Source: Planctomycetota bacterium (GTDB lineage Bacteria > Planctomycetota > B15-G4). From it: a stretch of 64,000 nt of DNA. Within the stretch, counting starts at the first letter, position 1. The number at the start of each line of letters is the position of its first letter. The stretch spans positions 4,288,001 to 4,352,000 of the forward strand of contig CBDFJQ010000002.1 of the NCBI GenBank assembly GCA_965248575.1, given 5' to 3'. Shown here one piece after another: positions 28,170 through 37,711 of this stretch. The notes under the pieces were generated by a model. It did not search any database. It saw nothing but the letters and a program-made list of their open reading frames with translations, and had not been told where the DNA came from. The position numbers were made by a program, and so were the translations under genes.

Positions 28170-28997
28170 TCAGTCAGTCAGCAACGTGCGCACCGACCAC
28201 AAGTCCGGGAAGGCCCGGCGCATGAGGGTGGTCTGCAGATAGCGGATGCCGTCGACGTTGCCCGTGGTGCCCTTGCCGGTGCCGGGTTTGTCGCCGATCT
28301 GGCGCTCGACCATCATCACGTGGTGGCGGCGCCAGAGGATCAGTTGCTCGTCCACCTCTACGAGGCCTTCGCAGAGCTCGTAGATGAGCGGGTGGTCGTC
28401 CGGTGAGTCGTAGATGGTCTTGAGCGCCGCCATGGTGGTGGCGTCCTGCTCTTCGCTGCGTGCCTCCCCCGGCGCGTGGACGTCGTAGCCCTTCTCGGCC
28501 AGGATCTTGTAGAGCTGGTCGGAGAGGCTCTCAGCCTCCATGCGTTTCAAGAGGTCGGGGTGGCGAGGATCGCCCTTGGTGAAGCTGGCGAGGCGCGCAT
28601 CCCTCAAGCCGAAGGCGGCCTCCACTTCGCGGAACTGCACGCTCTGGAAACCGCTGGCAGGGTTCAAGGCGGCGCGGAAGGCGAGGAAGTCCGCAGGGCG
28701 CATGGTCTCCAGCACGTGGATCTGGACCACGAGCACCTTCATGATCTCTTCGATGCGTCGGCAGAGGCGCAGGGCGTTGCGCAGGTCCGTGTCGCTGCCC
28801 GCCCTCAGCAAGCGCTGGATCTCGTCGATCTCGTGCCGCACCAGCTTGAACCACAGCTCGTACACCTGGTGCACGATGATGAACTGCAGCTCGTCATGCG
28901 CCTCGGGCTCGGTGAGGCACGTCTGCTGTTGCAGGAGCTCGGGCACCTTGAGGTAGCCGGAGTAGGTCAACTGCGAGTTCTTGCCGTAGGCGGTCAC
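28170..28997 (-). CDS. kynA: Tryptophan 2,3-dioxygenase
   Basis: LTYSGYL...HDELQFIIVHQVYELWFK, ASGFQSVQFREVE, WRRHHVMMVERQIG.KPGTG, FPDLW; GTG start 28997. Confidence 0.95.
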   Translation of the reverse strand: MTAYGKNSQLTYSGYLKVPELLQQQTCLTEPEAHDELQFIIVHQVYELWFKLVRHEIDEIQRLLRAGSDTDLRNALRLCRRIEEIMKVLVVQIHVLETMRPADFLAFRAALNPASGFQSVQFREVEAAFGLRDARLASFTKGDPRHPDLLKRMEAESLSDQLYKILAEKGYDVHAPGEARSEEQDATTMAALKTIYDSPDDHPLIYELCEGLVEVDEQLILWRRHHVMMVERQIGDKPGTGKGTTGNVDGIRYLQTTLMRRAFPDLWSVRTLLTD

Positions 28998-29094
28998 GAT
29001 GGACTCTCGATGTGGGGGCCTGCAGGGGGACTGCAGGGAAAAGATGCTGCCCGGACGTGGGCGTGCGGCGGTGTGCTGCGAGCGGCAGCCGCCC

Positions 29095-30297
29095 TCAGTA
29101 GGCGGCCGTGTCGCTCGCGTGCTCCTGCCACAGACCCTTGTCGAGGATCTCACTGACGCTGTCGAGGCAATGGTCTAACTCATCGTCCCGCGTGTAGAAA
29201 TGGGGAGAAATGCGCAGACCCACATCCGGGCGGCAATCGATGAGCACATCCCGGGCGGCCAGGGCCTTCACCACGGCGGGGGCGTGGTCCACGAGCACCG
29301 TGACCGTGCCGCCGCGGCGGGCCGGATCGAGGGGTGAGCGGGTCTTGAAGCCCTTCTCAGCAGCTCGTTCCAGGAAGCGCGTGGTCTGGCGCACGCTCTT
29401 GGCGCGGATGGCGTCCACCCCGATCTCGCCGATGATCTCGTAGCCCGAGCGCGCGGCGTAGAGGGCCGGCACTGCGGGGGAGCCATGCAACATGCGCGTG
29501 GCATCGTCGGCGTAGCGCTGGGGTCCCGTCTCGAAGGCAAAGGGCGCGGCGTGGGCCATCCAGCCCGTGAGGCCGGGCTCGAGGGTCGCCTGCAACTCCG
29601 GGTTCACAAAGAGGTAGCCGGCACCGGGGCCGCCACACAGCCACTTCACCGAGCCACCGCAGAGCATGTCCACGCCCAAGGCCTGCACGTCCAGCGGCAC
29701 CGTGCCCGTGGCTTGGTAGCAATCGGCGATCACCAGGGCACCCACCGAGTGGGCGTGCTTGATGATGGCCGCCAGATCCTGCTGGTAGCCGGTCTGGAAG
29801 AGCACATGGCTGATCGGGACGAGCAGGGTGCGCTCGTCGATGGCGTCCAAGAGATCCTGGGTCTCGACGCCGATGCCGTCGCGGCTGGCAACCTCCACGA
29901 TCTCGGCGCCGTGCCGACGCTGGGACTCCCAGGCGTACATGACCGACGGGAAGTTCATGGAGGTGTAGACGACCTTGTTGCGCTCGCCGCTGAAGTCGAA
30001 GCAGGAGGCGATCAGGCCCTGGATGACCGAGACGTTCTGGTGCATCACCACGCTGCCATCGGGGGCGTTGATGATGCGCGCGATGAGGTTGCCCGTGGTG
30101 ATGGGTGAGGTCCACCAGCCTTCGGACCAGGCGCGGATGCCGCGCGTGGCCCACATCTCGGCGTACTCGTGCAGGGCGTCGAAGACCTTGCGCGGCATGG
30201 CGCCGAGCGAGTGGTTCACCAGGTAGGTGGTGTTCTCGAGGATCGGGAACTCCTGGCGCCAGGCCAGCAGCTCGTCTTGTGTTTCGGTGGTGCTCAA
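29095..30297 (-). CDS. kynU: Kynureninase (PLP class V)
   Basis: YLVNHSLGAMP, NFPS, DCYQATG, GSVKWLCGGPG, GW; directly upstream of kynA. Confidence 0.88.
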   Translation of the reverse strand: MSTTETQDELLAWRQEFPILENTTYLVNHSLGAMPRKVFDALHEYAEMWATRGIRAWSEGWWTSPITTGNLIARIINAPDGSVVMHQNVSVIQGLIASCFDFSGERNKVVYTSMNFPSVMYAWESQRRHGAEIVEVASRDGIGVETQDLLDAIDERTLLVPISHVLFQTGYQQDLAAIIKHAHSVGALVIADCYQATGTVPLDVQALGVDMLCGGSVKWLCGGPGAGYLFVNPELQATLEPGLTGWMAHAAPFAFETGPQRYADDATRMLHGSPAVPALYAARSGYEIIGEIGVDAIRAKSVRQTTRFLERAAEKGFKTRSPLDPARRGGTVTVLVDHAPAVVKALAARDVLIDCRPDVGLRISPHFYTRDDELDHCLDSVSEILDKGLWQEHASDTAAY

Positions 30298-31625
30298 CAG
30301 GCTGCCTCCACGTCGGCGATGGTCTTGGGGATGGAGCCGGTGAGGTTTTCGTGGCCGTCAGCTGTGATGGCCACGTCGTCTTCGATGCGGATGCCCATGC
30401 CGCGGAAGGCTTCCGGGGCGTCGGTGTCCTCGGCGTCCACGTAGAGGCCGGGCTCCACCGTGAGCACCATTCCGGGGGCGAGCACGCGCGAGGCGGGCTT
30501 GTCGCTCCCGCTACCATTCAGGGACGGCTCGAAGCGGCTGCCCACGTCGTGCACGTCGATGCCGAGCCAGTGGCTCGTTCCGTGCACCGTGTACTTCTTG
30601 GAGTCACCCGACTCGATCAAGGCGTCCACCTTGCCCTTGAGCAATCCCAGCTGGACCATGCCCTCGACCAGGGTGCGCGTGGCCAGCTCGTGCACTGAGT
30701 CGAAAGTGTTGCCCACAACAGCCTGGGCGCAGGCCTTCTCCTGGGCGTCGAGCACCACCTGGTAGAGGTCCTTCTGGGCACTGGTGTAGCGGCCCGAGGT
30801 GGGGAAGGTGCGCGTGACGTCTGCGGTGTAGCCCTCCAGCTCGCAGCCGGCGTCCAGCAGCAGCAGGTCGTTGTCACCTACCTTCATGTGGTTGGTGGTG
30901 TAGTGCAGCACGCAGGCGTTGTTGCCGCCGGCGCAGATGGTGGTGTAGCCGGGGCCCCAGCCGCCTTCGGCCCGGAAGGTGCCGTCCACGAGGGCCTCGA
31001 TGGCCCACTCGCCTACGCCTTCCTGCAGCGCCTTCATGGCGGCGCGGTGCGCCCGGTCGGTGATGGCCGCGGCGTGGCGCATGATGGCCAGCTCGTCGGC
31101 CGACTTGATCAGCCGCATCTCGTGCAGCAGCGTCGCCGGGTCGACGACGGTCATGGGTGAACGGCTGCCGTCCCTGGTCTTGGCGTGGGTCTTTTGCAGG
31201 CCGGTCAGCAACGTTCGGTCGAAGTCCGCGTCCATGCCCGTGCGGTAGTAGAGGGTGTCGGCACCCTTCAGCAGTTTTGGCAACTGCTCGTCCAGCTCGT
31301 CGATGCGATAGGCCTCGTCGGCGCCATAGAGTTCCTTGGCCCCTTCGATCCCGGCCCGGCGGCCGTTCCAGATCTCCAGCATCTTGTCCCGGGGGCGCAC
31401 GAAGAGCACGAAGCGCCCCTCGTTGCGGTTCGGCAGGAAGAGCGCCAGCGCGTCGGGTTCCGGGAAGGCCGTCAGGTACCAGAAGTCGGAGTCGGGCCGG
31501 AACTTGAAGTGCGTGTCGTTGCTGCGCACGCGCTCGGAGCCGGTGCGCACCAGGGCGATGCCGTTGTGGCTGGCCAAGGCGTCCATGAAGGCCGCGCGGT
31601 GCGCAGCTGCCATCGAAGTGTTCAA
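30294..31625 (-). CDS. pepP: Xaa-Pro aminopeptidase
   Basis: FRPDSDFWYLT, LHY, DAG...YTADVTRTFP, HGTSHWLGIDVHD, TVEPGLY, GIRIEDD. Confidence 0.95.
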   Translation of the reverse strand: MNTSMAAAHRAAFMDALASHNGIALVRTGSERVRSNDTHFKFRPDSDFWYLTAFPEPDALALFLPNRNEGRFVLFVRPRDKMLEIWNGRRAGIEGAKELYGADEAYRIDELDEQLPKLLKGADTLYYRTGMDADFDRTLLTGLQKTHAKTRDGSRSPMTVVDPATLLHEMRLIKSADELAIMRHAAAITDRAHRAAMKALQEGVGEWAIEALVDGTFRAEGGWGPGYTTICAGGNNACVLHYTTNHMKVGDNDLLLLDAGCELEGYTADVTRTFPTSGRYTSAQKDLYQVVLDAQEKACAQAVVGNTFDSVHELATRTLVEGMVQLGLLKGKVDALIESGDSKKYTVHGTSHWLGIDVHDVGSRFEPSLNGSGSDKPASRVLAPGMVLTVEPGLYVDAEDTDAPEAFRGMGIRIEDDVAITADGHENLTGSIPKTIADVEAAC

Positions 31626-32593
31626 TCGTTTCTCCGGGTGTTGAGCTCGGCGCTCACAGGTTTCTGGTTGGCGTCTTCGGTTGCGGTGACGGGCAGCGGG
31701 GCCGCCAGTTCGATGTCGCCGGGCGCGCCCATGAAGCCTCCGTCGGCATCCAGTCGCGCCGTGAGGTACAGCTGCCCGGCCAGGAGATCCTGCTTGTTCT
31801 CCACGTCCAGCGGAACATGTTCCACGCCTACGTCAAACTTCAGCGGGAACTGAGGCTTGTCCACCTGCAGCACGGCGCGCGGCATGCCTCGGGGCGCCGC
31901 CTTGTCCTTGATGATCACGAACAGAGTGCGGGTGCCGTTCAAGGCGGCGTGCTCTTCGGCCAGGGTCAGGGTGCCGCGGATGCGTGGGCCCAGCTTGGGT
32001 GCCAGGGCGGCGGCTTTGGCTGCGGCGAGCTGCTCGGCGCTGATTGGCGGGTGGACGGGTGCCGCACCGTGACCGGCCACGCCATCGAGCCCCGCTCCCA
32101 TTGTGCTGGGCCGCACATCGTCGGCCGTGAGGGTGTCGCTCAGGAAGATCTTCACCGCCGGGTCGTCGGCTGTGACGAAGCGCCGGGCCGTACCTTGGAG
32201 GTCACCGACTCCCGCCGCCGCGTCGCCATCGGCATCGAGGCGTGCCACCAGGACCCAGTTGCCCGCGATGGTGCCCGCCGATGCGAGGTGCCGGGCGTCG
32301 AGGCTGAAGCTCATGGGCAAGGGCTTGGCCGGCAGCTTGCGAACCAGCTGCGGCGGGCCCTGGCGCGCATCTCGCCAACCCATGAGATAGATGCAGGCGA
32401 AGGGCGTCTCACCCACGCCGACGATGGGGTCAATGTCGATGCTTCCACGCAGGCTGCGGGAGACGGCGGGGGGGCTGTTGGTCGCCGAGGCCGGTGCCGA
32501 GTCGCCGCAGGCGCTCACGAGCAGGGCCAGGCCCAAGGCCAGGCTTCGGCCCAGTACGGGACGGGAAGGCCGCTGCAAATGTGGGGGGAGCAT
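31622..32593 (-). CDS. Lipoprotein with two CycH/CcmI C-terminal-like Ig domains
   Basis: Lipobox VSAC; duplicated P..F.L...ARLDADG....GD motif. Confidence 0.7.
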   Translation of the reverse strand: MLPPHLQRPSRPVLGRSLALGLALLVSACGDSAPASATNSPPAVSRSLRGSIDIDPIVGVGETPFACIYLMGWRDARQGPPQLVRKLPAKPLPMSFSLDARHLASAGTIAGNWVLVARLDADGDAAAGVGDLQGTARRFVTADDPAVKIFLSDTLTADDVRPSTMGAGLDGVAGHGAAPVHPPISAEQLAAAKAAALAPKLGPRIRGTLTLAEEHAALNGTRTLFVIIKDKAAPRGMPRAVLQVDKPQFPLKFDVGVEHVPLDVENKQDLLAGQLYLTARLDADGGFMGAPGDIELAAPLPVTATEDANQKPVSAELNTRRND

Positions 32594-32694
32594 GGCGGGG
32601 CGTGCCGCGGGAGAAGGGGCCCGGCCGGGGCCGGGCGCGCATGATAGCTGTCTTGCTAGGATGCCGCAGACTCACCGCCTTCCGGAGCTTTCTT

Positions 32695-33348
32695 GTGGCC
32701 GAGCAGCGTTCCATCTCCCTGCGCACCTACGTCTATCTGGATGTCCTCCAACCCCAGCTGGCGTCCTTTCTCGCCACGGTGAGCCAGGGCTACCTGCCCA
32801 TCGAGGAGCAGGCCTCGCTCTTCGTGGAGATCCAGCCCGGCATCAGCATCAACCGGCTGACGGATGTGGCGCTCAAGGCGGCCGACGTCCAGCCCGGCAT
32901 GCAGATCGTGGAGCGGGCTTTCGGCGTGCTCGAGCTGCACTCCTTCAACCAGAGCGAAGTGCGCGCTGCTGGCGAAGCCATGCTCGACCACATGGGCATG
33001 ACCGAAGAGGATCGCCTGCGACCCAGGGTGGTCACGAGCGAGATCATCACCGGTACGAACGAGTACCACACGATGCTCATCAACCGCTTCCGGCACGGCG
33101 ACCAGATCCTGAAGGGGCAGGCGCTCTACATCCTGGAGACGCACCCTGCCGGCTACGCGATCCTCGCGGCCAACGAGGCGGAGAAGGCCAGCCCCATCCG
33201 CCTGCTCGAGGTGATGACCTTCGGTGCCTACGGCCGCCTCTACCTGAGTGGCGGGGATGACGAAATCAAGGAGGCCGCAGCGGCCGCCGAAGCCTGCCTG
33301 GCCGAGATCACGGGCCGTCCCAACGAAGAAGTCGTGGATGTGCGCTGA
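32695..33348 (+). CDS. Bacterial microcompartment tandem-domain shell protein (BMC-T, CcmP/CsoS1D-like double-stacking type)
   Basis: LRTYVYLDVLQPQ, EIQPGISINRLTDVALKA, VERAFGVLELH, LETHPAGYAILAANEAEKA, GAYGRLYLSG; GTG start 32695 after GGAG. Confidence 0.93.
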   Translation: MAEQRSISLRTYVYLDVLQPQLASFLATVSQGYLPIEEQASLFVEIQPGISINRLTDVALKAADVQPGMQIVERAFGVLELHSFNQSEVRAAGEAMLDHMGMTEEDRLRPRVVTSEIITGTNEYHTMLINRFRHGDQILKGQALYILETHPAGYAILAANEAEKASPIRLLEVMTFGAYGRLYLSGGDDEIKEAAAAAEACLAEITGRPNEEVVDVR

Positions 33349-33400
33349 GCTTGCCCCTCTCGCTCGTCGGCCCGGCCCGCTCCTGAACCGAGAACGAACC

Positions 33401-33994
33401 ATGATCCGTATCCGTCTGACGCTTGCCCTGCTCGCCCTGACCGTCCTGGCCGCCTGTGGTCCCACCTTCAGCCGGGCTTCGGACGACCCGAGCATCGACG
33501 AGCCCGCCATGTCCGTGCGGCTGGATCGCGCCGACCTCGATGTGGCCCTGGCCAGCTGGTACGAGCAGTTCAGCGACTCGGGCTTCGTGGCCGAGGTGCC
33601 CAAGAACGAGCGCAAGATCGCCATCCTGAGCATCGAGAACGACACGAGCGAGCACATCGGCTCGGCCCTGCGCAATCTCATCGAGGGCATGGAAACCAAG
33701 ATCGTCAACGACCGCGTCTTCCAGGTGGTGTCCAACGACGACCTGGTGGCCGATGCGATTACCCAGGAGCGCTTGCGTGACCTGGGTGAGAACGTCGACG
33801 CCACGACCATTGCAGCCCTCGGCAAAGAGTTCGGCATCCACTACTTCGTCCACGGCCGGGTGGGTGAGACGGCCGAGAAGGTGTCGGACACGCGCCGCGT
33901 GCAGTACTTCCTGTTCCTCAAGGTGACGGAAGTGGCCACGACCCAGCGCGTGTTCCAGCAGCAGATCCCCATCACGAAGCAAGTGGAACGCTGA
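33401..33994 (+). CDS. lpoB: LpoB-like lipoprotein (PBP activator family)
   Basis: Lipobox LAAC; I.NDTSEHI, GK..G..Y...G, Y...L...EV.T motifs. Confidence 0.7.
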   Translation: MIRIRLTLALLALTVLAACGPTFSRASDDPSIDEPAMSVRLDRADLDVALASWYEQFSDSGFVAEVPKNERKIAILSIENDTSEHIGSALRNLIEGMETKIVNDRVFQVVSNDDLVADAITQERLRDLGENVDATTIAALGKEFGIHYFVHGRVGETAEKVSDTRRVQYFLFLKVTEVATTQRVFQQQIPITKQVER

Positions 33995-34026
33995 CGCACC
34001 ACCTCAGGGCGGGGGAGCACGGAAGC

Positions 34027-35352
34027 ATGGTGTCTCGGTTCTGTCTGTTGCTTGCCCTGTCGGGTCTCGCGTCCTGCGCCACCTACGACGAGCGCATCGT
34101 CACGGCGCAGCGGGCGTACTATGGCGGCAACCTGGACGCGGCCATCGGCGCCTTGGAGAAGGCGGCCAACGCTGAGCCCGTCGACAAGCACGTGGCTCAG
34201 TTGGAATTGGCCACGGCGCTGCAGGCGGCCGGCCGCTATGCCGAGTCGACCTGGTTGTTCGAGGAGGCCGACAATCGCCTGGAGGTGCTGGACTACACCA
34301 GCATGCCCCTGGCGGAGATGGCGTCCTTCCTGCTGGGTGGCGAATCCAACGACTATCGGGCCAGCCCCCCAGAGCGGGTGCTGGTGAACACCCTCAACAT
34401 GCTCAACTACCTGGGGCTGGAGGATCCGCAGGAAGCCGCCGTGGAGGCCCGGCGCCTGGCGATCCTGCTGGACCGCTCGGATGTCGATGCCGAGGAGCTC
34501 TACGCCAACCGCTTCGCCTGGAGCCTGGCGGGTTTCACCTTCGAGATGGCCCGGGACTGGCAGGAGGCCGAGGACGCCTGGCGGGCTGCCGAGGATTCGC
34601 CCCTGGCGGACCGCAGTTTGAGCGCAGGGGAGTTGGGCCCGGACGAGCAGGCGGGCACCGTGTTGCTCGTGGTGCAGCGCGGCAAGGTCCCCGTGCGACG
34701 GGAGTCGGTCTATTTGTTTCCCGTGGGCGGCGGCCTGCACAGCCTGCATGTGCCGACCCTGGTAGGAAGGGACACGCCTTTCACCTCGGCCACGGTGGCG
34801 GTGGATGGTGTGTTGCTCGGAGGGGTCCCTGAGCTGTTCAACCTGGGGGCCCACACCCAGAAGCGCTTCAAGGGTGAGTTCTCCCGTCTGCTGGCGGCGG
34901 CCATCACCCAGGCCATCCCGCGCACGGCGTTGACGGAAGACCTGCGGAAATCGGCCGTGGAGAAGTCGTCCAAGAAGGACAAGCCGGTCAAGAGCGCAGT
35001 GGCGGGCCTGCTCTCGTTCTTGCTCGACGAAGGTCTCGCAGCGCTCACCACGACGGACACGCGCAGTTGGTCCCTGTTGCCGGAGGCCTTTCATGCGCGA
35101 CGACTCAACCTCCCGCCGGGGACGCACACCGTGACGGTGCAGTTGAGCGGCAAGCAGTTGCGCAGCGTGTCCTTCGAGGTGGAGGTGAAGCCTGGGCGCA
35201 TGAGCTACCTCAACGTCACGACGGCGCTCTACGAGGGATTCCAGGAGTTGCCTCGCAGTCGTCGCAGCAACCTCAGCGGGCAACCGGAGGCGGAGCAGGC
35301 GCTGGAGATTCTGGAGGCTGCCTCGTGGTGGCGCGAACGGGTGGTGCGGTAG
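34027..35352 (+). CDS. COG3014-like TPR lipoprotein
   Basis: Lipobox LASC; Y....ERVLVN.LN.LNYL...A.VEARR; DTRSW.LLP; follows the lpoB-like gene. Confidence 0.8.
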   Translation: MVSRFCLLLALSGLASCATYDERIVTAQRAYYGGNLDAAIGALEKAANAEPVDKHVAQLELATALQAAGRYAESTWLFEEADNRLEVLDYTSMPLAEMASFLLGGESNDYRASPPERVLVNTLNMLNYLGLEDPQEAAVEARRLAILLDRSDVDAEELYANRFAWSLAGFTFEMARDWQEAEDAWRAAEDSPLADRSLSAGELGPDEQAGTVLLVVQRGKVPVRRESVYLFPVGGGLHSLHVPTLVGRDTPFTSATVAVDGVLLGGVPELFNLGAHTQKRFKGEFSRLLAAAITQAIPRTALTEDLRKSAVEKSSKKDKPVKSAVAGLLSFLLDEGLAALTTTDTRSWSLLPEAFHARRLNLPPGTHTVTVQLSGKQLRSVSFEVEVKPGRMSYLNVTTALYEGFQELPRSRRSNLSGQPEAEQALEILEAASWWRERVVR

Positions 35353-35483
35353 GGGGTGCCAGGAGAGTGGTTCCCCATTCCGCGAATGCGGTGTAGGATC
35401 GGCGCCCTACTGGGAAGACACACGTTCTCGGTTCGAGTAGCGTGTGTTCCGTGAGAGCGCCGGGCAGGGCGACCACCGTGAGG

Positions 35484-35891
35484 ATGAGCGTGGTGCGTTC
35501 GCAGGTGATCTTCTGGCTGGTGCTTGGCGTCGTGGCCTTGGGGTCCGCTGAGCTGCTCGCCGACCCCTGGACGCACCGTTCCCTGAGCGAAAGCTTCGCG
35601 TCGACGGAAGCTGAGTGCGGGGGCGACTGCTGCTGCGAGGAGCTCCTTCCGGCCAGCACGGGCAGTTCTTCTCACCCTGCCGGAGCCCGCGTAGAAGTCG
35701 GCTGCCTGTGTTGTGCACCGGGCGGCCCCAAGGGCGCCTTGTCGAAGACTTGGGTGCCTTCTTGGGACTCGCTCGGGGAAGTGATCGACCTGTGTGTGCT
35801 TCCTATTGGGCATGAACTCCACGGTTGGGGGCCGGATCCGGCCTCCCTCGTCTTGGGCCCCGAGCCTCCCCCGCCTCGCTGGGCCGCCTGA
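35484..35891 (+). CDS. Small exported Cys-rich protein with C-terminal polyproline (DUF2946/CutF-like)
   Basis: Hydrophobic N-terminus, CGGDCCC and CLCC, C-terminal GPEPPPPRW. Confidence 0.55.
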   Translation: MSVVRSQVIFWLVLGVVALGSAELLADPWTHRSLSESFASTEAECGGDCCCEELLPASTGSSSHPAGARVEVGCLCCAPGGPKGALSKTWVPSWDSLGEVIDLCVLPIGHELHGWGPDPASLVLGPEPPPPRWAA

Positions 35892-36136
35892 GCTTCACGC
35901 TCTTCGACGCACCGTTCACTCAGCGTGAACGGCGGCTCGAAGACGTTTCTGGGGCACTTCTCCCTCGTGGGGAAGCGCTCCCCACTTACGGACCCGGCCA
36001 GCGCTCCTCATGGGGCCCAGCCTTCCGGTCCGCGCACGACTCTGGGCCTCGAGGGATCTCGAGGTTTCGCGGTCTGTCGAAGCCCAGGCCTGTTTCTAGC
36101 GAGTCGTTTCGACTCTCACATCCACAAAGCATTGGA

Positions 36137-36550
36137 ATGAAAACCATGAAGACTCTCGTCAGCTTGTCCCTCGTCTGCTTGCTCGCCGCTCCCATCCTGG
36201 CCTCCATCGATCCGGGCGCACCGTCCGCCTCACACCACATGGAGGAGACGGCAGCCGCCCTTCACAGCTACCTGCATGACTTCTACGAATCCTCCTATGG
36301 CGCTCACGGTCTGGAGACGGATTCGGACGCGATCCACGGCCGGCTTCACGATTGGTCGAACGGGAACGCCAGTGAGGCGGAGGTCGCTGCCGACATGGAC
36401 GCCCTGGATGCGTCGTGGAAGAACTTCAAGCAGACCATCCATCAGGCACAGGTGCTCAACAGTGGTGATGACACCTTGGATGACATGTTCAACGATGCGA
36501 AAGACGCCTACAAGACCCTTCGGTTCCTGCTGAAGAACGTCGAAGGCTAA
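36137..36550 (+). CDS. Secreted His-rich helical protein
   Basis: Signal peptide; two H...H helical repeats (SHHME...LHSYLH; AHGLE...IHGRLH). Confidence 0.8.
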   Translation: MKTMKTLVSLSLVCLLAAPILASIDPGAPSASHHMEETAAALHSYLHDFYESSYGAHGLETDSDAIHGRLHDWSNGNASEAEVAADMDALDASWKNFKQTIHQAQVLNSGDDTLDDMFNDAKDAYKTLRFLLKNVEG

Positions 36551-36652
36551 GGGAAGTCAACGAAGTGCTCGGGCGCTGGGACGTCCGATGTAGGAATGTG
36601 TGGGGCGGTCGTGCCGGCATGGCGTGGCCGCCCCTTTGCATTCCGACACGGC

Positions 36653-37711
36653 TCAGTCGGTCCGTTCCATCTCCCAACGGTCGTCGAGGGAGTCGGCGGC
36701 TTCCAGGCGCGTGGCCACGGCGATGACGGCGAGCAGCCGGATGAGCCTGCGGCCCGGGGGCGTGAGGGAGGCCAACGCGAACAGAACGAGTGCGCCGATG
36801 GCGGCGGGGTGGGGCAGGTTGAGCAAGCTGACCCAGTAGAAGGCTACGACACCCAGCAGGACCAGCCACGGTGCGGCGAGCGGCAGCACCCGGTAGGCCG
36901 CGAAGTGCAGGCGGTCGACCACGCCGACTCCCGGGGTCCCCGGCGGCAGCTTGCAGAGCCGTATGGCCTGCACATAGGCCCGGGCGCGGCGGATCTCCTG
37001 CGAGCGGCGGCCAGGGCCTTCAGGCGTCTTGACCTCCAGGAAGCGGGCGTCGTCCAGCTTGCGCACGGCGAAGCCCTGGAGGCGCACCTGGCGCATGAGG
37101 TCGATGTCGTCGGCGGCGACGCCTGGGGTGGCGGCAAGCTGTAGCTTGGCGCGCCACGCGAGCAGTTGCCCGTGGATGCTGAAGAGCCGGCCGCCCCGCG
37201 ACTCGAGCCCTCGCACCCAGGCGGTGATGCGGTCGTAGAGGCCGGCGGCAGGGGTTGGCGGCCCGCCCTCGGCCGAGCTGGGGCTGCCGTCAGCATTCAG
37301 GCTCGCCACGAACTCCTGCGAACCCGAGGCCATGCCCAACCGGCTCTCTGAGTCGAAGGCCTTCACCACGTGTTCGAGGGCCTGCTCCCGGAAGACCACG
37401 TCGGCGTCGCTGAGCAGCACGATGTCGACCAGGCCCTCGAGGGATGCGAGGCCCGAGGCGATGGCTCCCGCCTTGCCGGGTCGTGTGGTGTTGGGCACGA
37501 CCTCGGCACGGATCCCCTGTGTCGCGAAGAGCTCCTCCAACAGCTGGCGCGCCCGCGGCGCCGTGTCGTCCATGGAGCCGTCATCCACCACGATCAGGCG
37601 GTGCTCGCCGGCCGGCCACTGCAGCTGCGCGAGATTGCGCAGCTTGCGCCCGATGACGGCGGATTCGTTGCGGCAAGGGACCAGCACGCCGAGGCGCAGG
37701 GCGTCACTCAC
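36653..37711 (-). CDS. Glycosyltransferase family 2 with C-terminal TM helices
   Basis: VPCRNE, VVDDGSMD, GKA, SDAD, DD; GTG start overlaps the radical SAM stop. Confidence 0.9.
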   Translation of the reverse strand: MSDALRLGVLVPCRNESAVIGRKLRNLAQLQWPAGEHRLIVVDDGSMDDTAPRARQLLEELFATQGIRAEVVPNTTRPGKAGAIASGLASLEGLVDIVLLSDADVVFREQALEHVVKAFDSESRLGMASGSQEFVASLNADGSPSSAEGGPPTPAAGLYDRITAWVRGLESRGGRLFSIHGQLLAWRAKLQLAATPGVAADDIDLMRQVRLQGFAVRKLDDARFLEVKTPEGPGRRSQEIRRARAYVQAIRLCKLPPGTPGVGVVDRLHFAAYRVLPLAAPWLVLLGVVAFYWVSLLNLPHPAAIGALVLFALASLTPPGRRLIRLLAVIAVATRLEAADSLDDRWEMERTD

